Source: Eledone cirrhosa
Lineage: Eukaryota
Assembly (NCBI GenBank): GCA_964016885.1
Contig: OZ024743.1
Coordinates: 120,652,001 to 120,716,000 of the forward strand
DNA length: 64,000 nucleotides
Direction of reading: 5' to 3'
Below, piece after piece: positions 43,019 through 54,685 of this stretch. The notes beneath the pieces are model-generated. The model had not been told where the DNA came from. It did not search any database and worked only from the letters and a program-made list of their open reading frames with translations. The position numbers were made by a program, and so were the translations under genes. Every line of letters starts with the position of its first letter. Positions within the stretch are counted from its first letter, which is position 1.

Positions 43019-43439
43019 TAAAAGGAATTCCAACCTTGTCTGATTTATTCGTTTTATTTACAATCCTTTAAAATTTATAATGGGTATTAGAATGAAATAG
43101 TATGGTGGAATATTAAATGTTAAGTGTTAATTGAACAAGTACCTACATGCTTTCGCAATCTTCAGGTTCATAATGTGTGGTGACATCAAGTTTGCAATTT
43201 TCAACAGTTGAAAATTGCAAACTTGACTGTCACCACACATTATGAACCTGAAGATTGTGAAAGCATGTAAGTACTTGTTCAATTAACACTTAACATTTAA
43301 TATTCCACCATACTATTTCATTCTAATACCCATTATAAATTTTAAAGGATTGTAAATAAAACGAGTAAATCAGACAAAGTTGGAATTCCTTTTATTAATA
43401 TAATCTTCTATACACAATCATACACACCAGTGTATATTT
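43011..43439. mobile_element. 392-bp fold-back (43011-43402) plus tail, in (TA)n, with HHR-like core in both arms
   Basis: Axis at 43206; CTGAAGA-TTGT-GAAA-GCATGTA at 43248-43269, mirrored at 43143-43165. Confidence 0.9.
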
Positions 43440-43683
43440 ATCTATCTCTCTCTCTCTCTATATATATATATAAATATAAATTAGCGAGAATCGTATTTCG
43501 GCTTAGGAATTAACGAAAAGCAACTTCCGAGATGTGTGGCAAGCGCTCAATGATTCAGATGAACCAGAGCTACAACATACGTTAAAGGCCAAACACACTG
43601 AGACGATGTTTAAACAATCATCCGCAAGCCCTAAAAACGACCAAGTAATTCGGGTCAAACAAATAAAAATATGTGATTGAAAA

Positions 43684-44272
43684 TCAAAGAAAGGAATATT
43701 TCTGAGCCGTGTGTATTACACCGCTCAGAAATATTCCTTTATCTGAGCTATTTAATTGTAAAAGACTATTTGAGTTTATAACTCTATATATAATATTCTC
43801 GGCTCCATGCGTTGAGCTAATTGGTAGTCCCATAAAACCCGCTGCTATGTTTAGGACGTGACACATGTGCGTTAAAAAATACATTTCTCTCAGTCTTCTT
43901 AAGTATTTTGAAGAGAAACTTACCAACTTCTGGATACCTGCAGAAGAGCACAGAAATAGGAACTTTCACTTAATTGTTGCGAAATAAATTTGAAATTTAA
44001 AATTAAAATTTGTCCAGGTATCACGGCTATTACCAATATAGGTTTGTTTTTATTGATTTATTATTTTAAATCGAGACAGGCAAACCGTATTATTTTAATT
44101 AGTATTTTTCAATCTAGCTAACTTAGTCATTTGCAATGCGAACACATGTATACTTGTATCAGTGTTTATCCCTATCATATATTCATTTGTATTACACGAC
44201 TCAGAAATATTCCTTTCTTTGAGCTATTTAATTGTAAAAGACTATTTGAGTTTATAACTTTATATATAATAT
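43684..44272. mobile_element. Inverted plus direct repeat structure (PLE-like)
   Basis: 84-bp direct repeats 43713-43796 and 44189-44272; 43684-43712 is an inverted copy of the repeat start. Confidence 0.75.
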
Positions 44273-44357
44273 ATATATATATATATATAAATATATATAA
44301 AATAGTATAGTTAATTCGACGCATTGTGATGTATATAATAAATGACTGATAAATGTC

Positions 44358-44568
44358 AGCAAAGGATGACAGATAATACAAAACAAAATAATGTTTTACC
44401 CAGTATACTTCAACATGATATTTTTAAGGCAATCAATACACTTTTTTTAAATGTAAAACGTAAACAGTTAAAATAAACTACGGACGATCGATGTGTTCTT
44501 CCCTAAATCAGCTTGAAATACACTGGGTAAAACATTACTTTGTTTTATTTTATTTATCATCATTTGCT
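44358..44568. repeat. Diverged inverted repeat (about 62-bp arms)
   Basis: ACAAAATAATGTTTTACCCAGTATACTTCAA versus TTGAAATACACTGGGTAAAACATTACTTTGT. Confidence 0.75.
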
Positions 44569-44640
44569 CTACATATATTTCTACTACATTGAACCGGCTT
44601 TCTGAAGCTTATCCTCCATTTCTTCTTCTTATTATTATTT

Positions 44641-45060
44641 TGGTGGATTGGCAGTATCGGTAGAAGGTCAGATGCCATGCTTTGCAGCATAGAGTTACGG
44701 CCCTTTATGATATGAGTTCAAATCCCGCCGATGTTAACTTTGCCTTTCATCCTTACGGGGTCGATAAAATAAAGTACTAGTCACGGACTGGGGTCGATTT
44801 AATAGACTTTCCCCTCACCCAAATTTGCTGCCCTTGTGCCTATGTAAGAAACCATTATTATTATTATTTTGGTGGATTGGCAGTATCGGTAGAAGGTCGG
44901 ACGCCATGCTCTGCAGCATAGAGTTACGTCTGAGTTCAGATCCCGCCGAGGTTAACTTTGCCTTTCGTCCTCAGGGGTCGATAAAATAAAGCACCATTAA
45001 CGTACTGGAGTCAATTTAATCGACCCCCCCCCCCCCACATTACTGGCCTAATCATTATTA
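44641..45060 (+). mobile_element. Two tandem SINE family A copies (44641-44870, 44871-45060)
   Basis: Both start TTTTGGTGGATTGGCAGTATCGGTAGAAGGTC after (ATT)n. Confidence 0.95.
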
Positions 45061-45524
45061 GTTCTTTATGGTTAGTTTGGAAGACAAGCGTTCCTAAGTC
45101 CAGGTATATATTAGCATTTCGAAGCCTTCACGACTCCATCTTTAAAATGAGACTGGTCATACCAGTGGCGTATTGGTGACGTCCTATGTTATATGTGGTT
45201 TTCCGTATGATGTATTTGTGTGTTAATATTTGGTGTATGTTCTGATATTCTTAGATACCCCATAGCTGTTCGCCTTGCTTTGTGTAGAATTCTCTATATA
45301 ATTGTAGTGTTATCGATGTTTGTAGTCCTCTCAATTTCCCTTTTATATGTACTGTATTGAAATGTGTTGCAATGAATACTTGTTGTAAGTGCATGGGTAA
45401 CAGACGGGAAAGTACTTGTATTACCGATGTAACAACTTTAAGTTATATACAACATTCATGTTTGCAGTGAGATTTATCAAAGAGGTCATTTGCTGTACGT
45501 TCTGTATATAAATAATATAATATA

Positions 45525-45598
<74 letters not shown>

Positions 45599-45693
45599 GT
45601 AGAACACCGGAAGGTAATATCCGTAGGGGTAGAGCACTCAGTCCATGGGACGAGTTAGGTAGAAGTGGTTACACAACAGTTAGTTCACCATAC

Positions 45694-45731
45694 CGAGAAC
45701 AATTGTTTCACCTTAGCGGATCCTCAGCTCG
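45694..45731 (-). ncRNA. Minimal type I hammerhead ribozyme candidate
   Basis: CGAG-CTGAGGA-T-CC-GCTAA-GG-T-GAAA-CAATTG-TT-CTCG: core, stem II, palindromic stem III, stem I CGAG/CTCG; inside a TA-flanked insert 45597-45760. Confidence 0.6.
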
Positions 45732-45919
45732 TAATGGACATGGTTGTCCATAGCAAGTGCCTTTCATCCTTACATGGTCGATAAAATAAAGTACCAATGG
45801 GACAATTGCTGGCCTTATGCTAAAAGTAGAAAGAATTATTTTTAAACATATCGTATATGATGTCATACAAACCGTATATGTGTAAATGCGTACTTTTGAA
45901 AGAACCGTGAATTATATAA

Positions 45920-46052
45920 TCAAGCATTCCATCCAATGCACTGGAATAGTGATTTATTTATCAACTCTGAAAGTGAAAGGTGACCTCGGAGGGATTTGAA
46001 CACAATGCAGAAAGCCAAAATAAGTACCATAAGGCATTTCATCCGACGCTTT
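45920..46052 (-). mobile_element. Decayed SINE fragment
   Basis: GAAAGGTGACCTCGGAGGGATTTGAAC is the reverse B box plus core start. Confidence 0.7.
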
Positions 46053-47775
46053 AACGTGCACACATACGTACATGCATGCGTGCAGATATATATTGCGATC
46101 ACGTTTATAATTTATGTTATTTTATCCGTACTTCATTGGTCTAGTAGATAAAATTTCTATTAACATTCTTTAGTAATAAAACTTTCTAAGGTCGAATTTG
46201 GTATGATATTATAAACACACTCAATAATGGCGTACTCTGATAACCATTGGAGATTAAACCAAATAAAAATAATTTCGGATATAAATATATATTCAGAAGC
46301 GTAGATGAGGTTAATAATCAGATAAATTATAATTGTATTCATGTATCTTTTTAAATATAAGTATATATCTATATATCTGTATTATTTTCATTCTTATTTT
46401 TTCTATGATTTCCTATTAGGGATATTGCAAATATAAGTTAAATACAATTGTATGTTATTTATAATACTGGATGTCTTGTTAAACATAGATCAGCCTAGTA
46501 AAACCCAATAGAATTTAAAAAAGGAGAAAACATTGATATATGCTATTAGTTTGCACGAAATGTATTAAGGTTTTGATGGTCTACGTAATTAATGAACTTT
46601 GCTGTCATGTGCATTTTAATCTCTATATTTGTTGTGATCATTGCTCTGACATAATCATTTATCAATAAGTTGTATGTTATCAGTAACTACCATTTTATTC
46701 GCTAAGAGAGTCCAGCTAACGGAAATTATATCTTGTTACTAACATTGTCTGTTGCCATCCATTAATCAAAGCCGTCGCCCATTTTTTAAAAGACTGGCTC
46801 AGTAGTAAATAAATAAACGGATATGTAGCCGGATTCACCGGAAACCGACCTGTTTTGATTTGTAAACCTTGGAAAATGGGATTCTATTCTCTTACGTTCC
46901 AACTCCCTAAGGACACTTCCGTGATATTGAATTAGGAGAGGGATGTTGTGATTCAAACCAGCGCCGTTTCTTCAAATGGTTCTCGTAAGAATAGGACATT
47001 TTATTGCTAACGTAGTTTCAATGCGTTTACATGAACACTTTGTGCAGTATATTTTGGCTGATATCCCAGATAAGTAGAAGGGAACACGCTTTAATCTCTT
47101 TCTAAACTGATTTTTTGTTCACTAAATAACCTAAAGCTATATAAATTTGAGAAGAAAGATATTTAGGCAACTTGCCTTGTGCAGAAAATTAGCGTTAAAT
47201 AGAATTATAAAGTGTGTTATCTTTATTAAAGAAAATACATGCTACTCTCAGTTCCACTTTAACATGTTATAAAATTGTTGTCTCGTATACTATTCATTAA
47301 TTACTAAATATCAATGTAAAGTGTGTGCGATATAAATTATACTTTAATAACTGATGAATTAATGCATGGAAATCATAGCTGAGGTTGGTATCCTATAAAC
47401 AACTTGATAGTGTGGTCGGAAAAACCAATAAAACACCACAACTGATATTATTTTATAGATTACTAGACTACCGACTGGACCAAGGCAAAAACAATCCTTG
47501 CGGGATTGGAATTCAGATCATAGACGGATACAAATACATAATTATTGTAAGGGGCTTCTAGTAATGCATCTCTTATTATATCATTAATATAAATCATCTA
47601 AATATTCCTAAATATTGATAGTATTATAATTCATACGATAATACTAAAGAATTTATATGAGCTTTCAGCTTCATTATCTTAGTTGAATAAATTTTAGTTG
47701 AATAAATGAATAGAATTTAAGAATATTTTACTTAATTATACAGTACAGCAAAGTAATTTTATTTTCCTATGCATT

Positions 47776-48090
47776 GAGATTAGCAGAATTGTTACAACGT
47801 CGAATAGAATCATTTGCGGTATTCATTTTGGCTCTTTGCTCTCTGAGTTCAAATCCCGCCGAGGTTATTATTACCTTTCATCCATTCGAAGTCGATAAAA
47901 AAATACCAGTCTAGTAGTGAGGGCGATTCTTCTTTGATATATCTTCCCTACTTCCATTCACTCTCTCACCCTATCCTTCTCAGGAAGAAATCTGCTGTAT
48001 TCAGACCTCGAGAGCAGATGGGTGCCACCAGGTTTTTAAAAAATGCCCTAGATACGCCGTGTCACAATGCAGCACACCTACGACTCCCAC
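47776..48090 (+). mobile_element. SINE family B
   Basis: B box GAGTTCAAATCCC, core, and tail shared with 34270-34600. Confidence 0.85.
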
Positions 48091-48186
48091 AGGAGTTATT
48101 TAGGAGTTATTTAGCCTTACATACCTTCGTCGAGTAATGTATTTTAGTTATTTTCTATTTCGTCCCATGTTTCTTTGTGTAAATGT

Positions 48187-48377
48187 AATAATTGTTTCTA
48201 TTTTTGTCACAAGGTCAGCAATTATCCCAGTGCATTACTGGTACTTTATTTTATCGACCCTATAAGGATGAAACGCTAAGTAAACCTCGGTGGGATTTGA
48301 ACTCAGACTGTAAAGGGGCGTAACTCTATGCTGCAAAGCATGGCGTCCGACCCTATACAGGTACTGCCAATCCACCC
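48187..48377 (-). mobile_element. SINE family A (short form)
   Basis: Reverse complement copy. Confidence 0.95.
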
Positions 48378-48783
48378 TAGAGATTTGTTTGCACAAGAGA
48401 CTTCAATATTTATAAGTTGGTATTCTAGAATCAGTTTTGAATCACGTATATTTTTCTCTTTGTTATTTAGGGATAATTATAGGGAGTATGGTAGATGGTT
48501 TTCTAAAGTATAACGTATAAAACCCACAACTTTTGGAGCATGGTATTGACATTCTAAATTAGAAAATATGTTTGTTCAGCTAAATGAAATATATTTTACT
48601 TAATTCCATATATATATACGTGTATACACACACACACACACATACACACACGCATTCACACACATTCACACATACGCACACACAAACGCACACATTTACG
48701 TGCATATAAACGAATGCCTACACCAAAAAGAAATATTTACATCAGAGAACAGAAAACATATTTAATATCTTTATATATGTTTG

Positions 48784-48833
<50 letters not shown>

Positions 48834-48838
<5 letters not shown>

Positions 48839-48995
48839 AGTAAGTAAGACCCCGACGGCTGAGCTCAAGCCGTTTCGAAACGGCCTGAGCTCAGCCGTCG
48901 GGGTCTTACTTACTCCTATTACCCACTCTACTACCCTAAGTATTGAGTAGTTTGGTGCGTTATGGTCCACCTGGTTCCTTACCACTTTTCCTTCG

Positions 48996-48997
<2 letters not shown>
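48834..48997 (+). mobile_element. TA-flanked element starting with an 86-bp palindrome centred on TTC|GAA; contains the 3' half of a hammerhead
   Basis: Arms 48834-48876 and 48877-48919, one mismatch; GAAACGGC-CTGAGCTCA-GCCGTC-GGGGTC. Confidence 0.85.
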
Positions 48998-49026
<29 letters not shown>

Positions 49027-49027
<1 letters not shown>

Positions 49028-49859
49028 TAGCAGCAGTACCCAGCGTTGCCTGGGTAGGTAAAATAATATCTGCTTTGATGAAAAGGTGTTGATCTTAGCG
49101 ACTGCTTCTCGATGACTCATCTATGGCCACACACAGGCCATGCGGGGGAGGGTGGTGATGACCTCTATCACTGGGAACGCGGGTGACTGACGAAGGGGCA
49201 TGATGGGGGAGGGAGGTAATGACCTCTAACACTAAGCCAAATTTCCTCACGCTACTTGATTGGAAACCGATAGATTTTAAAATATACAACTAAAAGCTCA
49301 GACAACGTCAGTGGCCATCGTTTTGCCTTTGACCATCTCTAAGATGTGCAATGATAGGTTCTATTGTAGTATAAAAGTTGAACCAAATAAATTAATTTAT
49401 GTGTGAGGTGGAGCCGAAGTTTCGAAATTGAACGAAATCGGTTGAAAAATGTGGGAGCTAGAGCCGAAAAAGTGGAAATTTGAGTCTAAAAGTGTTATTT
49501 TTGAATATTTAAGCGGCTGCCACGCTGTCCCTGAACAACAAATACAAAATATAAAGCCATTACAGGATGTGCAATGATAAATTCTCTTTTGCTTTAAGAT
49601 TTGAACGAAATCGGTAGCAAAATGTGGGAGCTAGAGCCAAAAATCTTATTTTTCGATACCTAAAAAAAGGTGACCCCCCCTATCGATTTTTATCTGCAGA
49701 ATGACCCCGGAATAAAAAAAACGATACGCTGATATATGGAAAACACTCCCCGATGACTAATCTATGAGCGCGTAAAGTTTCATGAAAATCGGTCGTAAGA
49801 TGTAGGCCCCTATAGGTGATACACAGACACACACATACTTAATTTTATATATATACAGA
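49027..49859 (-). mobile_element. Non-autonomous Helitron
   Basis: Minus strand: A|TC 5' end at 49859, subterminal (GT)-rich tract, 3' hairpin CCCAG-GCAACG-CTGGG 8 nt before CTAG|T; internal subrepeats AACGAAATCGGT..AAATGTGGGAGCTAGAGCC. Confidence 0.9.
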
Positions 49860-49910
49860 TATATACACCAGAGAACAGAAAACATATTTAATATCTTTAA
49901 ATATGATTGC

Positions 49911-49951
<41 letters not shown>

Positions 49952-50358
49952 CTGTGTTTGTGTGTGTGTGTGCGCGCACAATATTTATCATACATACAAA
50001 CACATATACTTCATGCACATACAAATGTATTATATGTATAAGAAACATTTAAATCTCGCTATGAAAGTTTCAAGCCAAATCATATCTGAGCTCTCTTAAT
50101 ATCCAGATAATAGTGCTTCAGAACCCTTTAATCAAACCTCAGTGAAGTTTTACTCACTCGATACTGAGACAAGTGTAAACTTCCGGCTAGTTGCTAATGC
50201 TCCAGGGAGTTGCGGGCTTCGAGTCATTGCAGGCGCTTCTGTCAGCGCTTTTTATCTCCGGTAATCGACAATTATTTTCCTCCCTTGCGCCAGCACACAT
50301 TTCAAATTTCATATAATTATACGCGCGCACACACACACACACACGCACACGCACACGC

Positions 50359-50423
<65 letters not shown>

Positions 50424-50523
50424 TACACACACACATACACATATATATATATATATATATATACATACATACATACATATATATATATGTACATATATAT
50501 ACATACATGCATAAATATATATA

Positions 50524-51717
50524 CGAGGTGTGTCAGAAAAGCTCCAGGACTGATGTCACAAAAGATTTATTTCAAACTCAAACTTCACACTGAGAGTTTT
50601 CTCCTTCAAAGTAATCCCCATGGACTATAATGCACTTTTCCATCCTTTTCTGCCACGCTTGCATGCACTCCTGGAAGGATTCTTCCGGGATTCTCCGCAG
50701 TTCCGTCGTCACGGCCTTTTTGATGTCGTTTACGTCTTCAAAACGGGTCCCCATTATGACCCCCTTGAGCTTGGGGAATAGGGAAAAATCACACGGAGCC
50801 AGATCGGGGGAGTAGGGATGTTGCTCCAGCACGGCGATGTTCTTCTCGGCCAGGAATGATCAGGGCATTGTGAGATGAGCGTTGTCATGGTGAAAAAGCC
50901 ACGAGTAGTCCTGCCCCCTCACATCGAAGAATGTGATCAACATGAACTTGACTTTGGACTTCGACTGTCGTGCTTTCTTCGGCCTAGGCGACGACGGACT
51001 CTTCCACTGAAGGCTCTGGCGTTTGGTTTCCGGGTCGTACTCGAAGATCCATGACTCATCACCGGTGATGACTGTCCCTAGCAAGTTTGGTTCGGTTTCA
51101 AGACACTCGAGTATGTCCTGGCACACTTGCATGCGTCGACCCTTTTGGTCATCGTTCAGCAGTTTTGGCACCATCTTCGAGCAGACTTTCCGCATGTCCA
51201 AATCTTCAGTGAGAATCTTCCAGACGCTGTCCCGATTCATGCCCAGCTCATTTGCCATCAGTCGAACAGTCAGCCGACGATCGATACGCACCATCTGCCT
51301 GATGCGCTCAATGTTGACCACAGTCTTGGTTGTCGAGGGCCTTCCGCTCTTGGGGGTCATCTTCCACGTCCTCGCGTCCTTCTTTAAACATCTAGCACCA
51401 CTCAAAAACACGTGAGCGTGACATGGTCTCATCTCCATACACTTGCTGCAGCAATCCCAATGCTTCTGACGGAGTTTTCCCCAACCGCACCAGAAACTTC
51501 AAGTTTGTTCGTTGCTCTGTGATCATTGCTTGACGACCTGAAAGAGAGGACATATATATAAAATTATGAAGAAAAAAGTTTGATCGCTGCAGAGAGCTAG
51601 GATTACAGTTATATACTCCAGGGGGATTACTTGGAAGGAGAAAACTCTTAGTGTAAAGTTTGGGTTTGAAATAAATCTTTTGCGACCACAGTCCTGGAAC
51701 TTTTCTGACACACCTCG
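50524..51717 (-). mobile_element. Mariner (DD34D-type) element, internally deleted, TA TSD, TIRs about 100 bp
   Basis: TA|CGAGGTGTGTCAGAAAAG..CTTTTCTGACACACCTCG|TA; MITEQRTNLKFLVRLGK (ATG 51526), KMVPKLL, ITGDESW, HHDNA, HPYSPDLAPCDF, GDYFEG; in-frame stop and deletion after FFDVRG. Confidence 0.97.
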
Positions 51718-51825
51718 TATATATGTGTATATATATATATATATTTCGTTGACAAATATATCAATATGCCCAGACATGCAGATATATTCCCCTTGGTATG
51801 ACAGTGTGGTTTGTATCAATGTAGG

Positions 51826-52209
51826 TAACCAAATAGAGCTTAGACATACATTGTTTTATTAGCTGACAGTGTTTCATCCATACACCATGGCAAGAATCAT
51901 CAGAGTCTATAAACATGAGTATATCAATAGTTGCATGCTCCATCGAGCTGCGTCACCAGAACAAGGTTAAATGACCAGCAGAGGGGTCCCGAAGCCAGCG
52001 CTATATGGAAAAAGACAGAATACATGATGCACATAATGTCATAAAATGTCTTAAACATTTAAAAATTAAAAATTACACCAAAAGTTTATCACTTATTTTT
52101 AATTTTTAATTTTTAATTTTTAATTTTTAAATTTTTTATTTTTAAGACATTTTATGGATGAAACACTGTTAGCTAATAAAACAATGTATTTCTAAGGTCT
52201 CTTTGGTTA
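51826..52209. repeat. Nested inverted repeats between TA tracts
   Basis: 51826-51882 versus 52153-52209, and 52040-52074 versus about 52120-52156. Confidence 0.8.
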
Positions 52210-52215
52210 TTCCTA

Positions 52216-52260
<45 letters not shown>

Positions 52261-54590
52261 GTGTGTGTGTATACATAGATGTATAGCTGGGGTTTCAACA
52301 GTTTCTATATACAAAATTTCACTTACGAAACATTAGAAAACCTGAAGTTATATACATTATAGAGCTATTAATTACGTGATGATGACAAATCTGTTATTGA
52401 TAAACATGTATACCTGTTTATTGAAAAGGGGGAAGGTTTATGTATTTTATTGGTGGTGTCACATTAATGCGATTTGTCGGAAAAGTGGTTTCCATTCTAA
52501 CTGAAAATTATTTTTTTATATCTCTTATATTCTAACCATTATTTAGTTTAAACTACATTAATGGATTCTGAAATGAGCACGTAAAGTTTTGAATTACACA
52601 TTATTTGTGTCAATTTATTCCTAATTAAAATATTGAAATTTCGACGGAAACTGTTTTCAAGGTTCAAATATTATTCATTTATTAAAAACAAAAACTGAAT
52701 ATTAAACCCAATAATGTTTTTTCTCATTAAGATTTATATTTAAGTTCTTTTACGTCACCAATCCTCTATGCATGGAAGTTTTATATTTGTAAATATGCCA
52801 GTCAGTTTTATGTAAGGCTAAGACACAGATCAAAGTAATTAAAAATATCACTGGAGTGTTTGATTAGCTGCCTATTTAATCAGGACATAGATAAATCATT
52901 ATCCCATGAAGTGTACATTTAAAAATAAGCATATAATAAAATATGATTTTTGTTATTTTTCCCGGAGAAAATCTTATCATGCTGAACAAGAACAAATAGC
53001 AAGAAGTAATCTGGTTAATGGAAAATTGACAAATCCATGACAATATGTGATAAAGGAGAACATTAAATATTTTCATTCTTCACTAGAGAATGTGAAAATA
53101 TCGATAATTTAATATATATAAAAAACACAAAACAGAGAGAACAAGAGAATACTGTTGAGTGAAAAGGATAAACACAGATGTTACTAGGAAATATTCGAAA
53201 TACGTGTTCAAATTAAACAAAATGTGGGTTTCAGTTCAGTCAGAAGCGTGTATGATCTTGTGTGATTCTTCACTATACTCTATTTCAAAGAGGCAAAGTG
53301 ACGTGACATAATTATGACATATTAAGTAAGAGAAGTGTATAATGCGTGGAATTAATCAGGGATTATGATATTTCTGGAATTTTGTAGCAGAAGGAATCAT
53401 AAAAGATATTGGAACAATAAAGTAAGCTGTTATCCACTTTTCTACAAACATTCTTCCGAAAGACTATGACTGAAAAAGGTTTATTTGCACCAAAACTTTA
53501 AAACCCCATCAAAGACAAATATACAACCAGCCCTTAGTATAATGTAATGTATGAGTGAGGTTATACTGGACAGTTCTGCCAAACGTTATGAGTAGGATAG
53601 TTTCTGCTGTATCGAGGAAACTAAGGACAAGCGCTAACACTTTTGTGAACATCGCCAAAATGTTTGACTGTATATATCAAATTTATGGGACTGAAATTGC
53701 TTCTGACGTTTCTCTTGCCCATGCCTTTCCTTAGTTTTGTTATCTCTTTGCACCTCACACAATTGGGAACGCTGCCAATGTGCTATCAGATGCAACTAAC
53801 GTCTATATTTATTGGAGCTACGGTTTTCATTGTTTTATTAATTTTTCTCTTTATTCTTCTTCTTTCTGTCGCTGTAATTGATGCTGTTGTTGCTGCTACT
53901 TTCTGTTTCCTTATTGTTAATGTTCTTGCTGTTGTTTGCTGTTTTCTTGTTATTGTTGATGATGCTCGTCTTAATTGTTCCATCTTACTGTTCACAGACA
54001 TTTTAATTCCTTTTGCTCCTGGTCTAGTCGATGTTGACGTTATTATTTTTCCCCCACTCTTTCCGTGGCATTATTTTCTTTATTTCTTTTGTTGTTGTTG
54101 TTCTTGTGATGGCCACTGTTGTTCTGCCGTTGTTCCGCTGTTGCTGATTTTTATTGTAGCATTTTCTTGTGTTACTTTTGTTTTTCGTGTTGCTATTGAT
54201 TACTCGTCTGCTGCCTTCAGCGTATCTGTTATGCCCCCCCCCCTGCCATCACCGCTGTTGATAAAGCCAACACTACATATTTGTTATAGGCTGTCCCTGA
54301 AAACACTTCGGAAAAATCTGTCGTTTCAATTTGTTACATGAATTAATCAAGGCAGACAACGTGTTTAATGTCTCTCAGGATAGGGAAAATGACTGTAACG
54401 CTAATATTTTAGGAGAAATACTGAATGATTTTCCCGTGATACTCGATATCGATATAAACATTAAAATTCCAAAAGTTTGTCAAAGAAATTTATTTAAATA
54501 CATATGACTTAGAGTATATTAGAATGAAAAGAATCATTATTAATAAACGTAAAGAAATCGATCTCTTTTTGTCGAACCGCTCTGAAAAGC

Positions 54591-54685
<95 letters not shown>

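Noticed and set aside
50630-51415. + strand ORFs inside the mariner
   Set aside because: They are antisense shadows of the transposase.
53664-54341. 225-aa hydrophobic ORF resembling a membrane protein
   Set aside because: It is GTT/GCT-rich low complexity; the opposite strand is T/Q/K-rich with a faint FQGQPIT..C, more like a decayed LINE ORF1.
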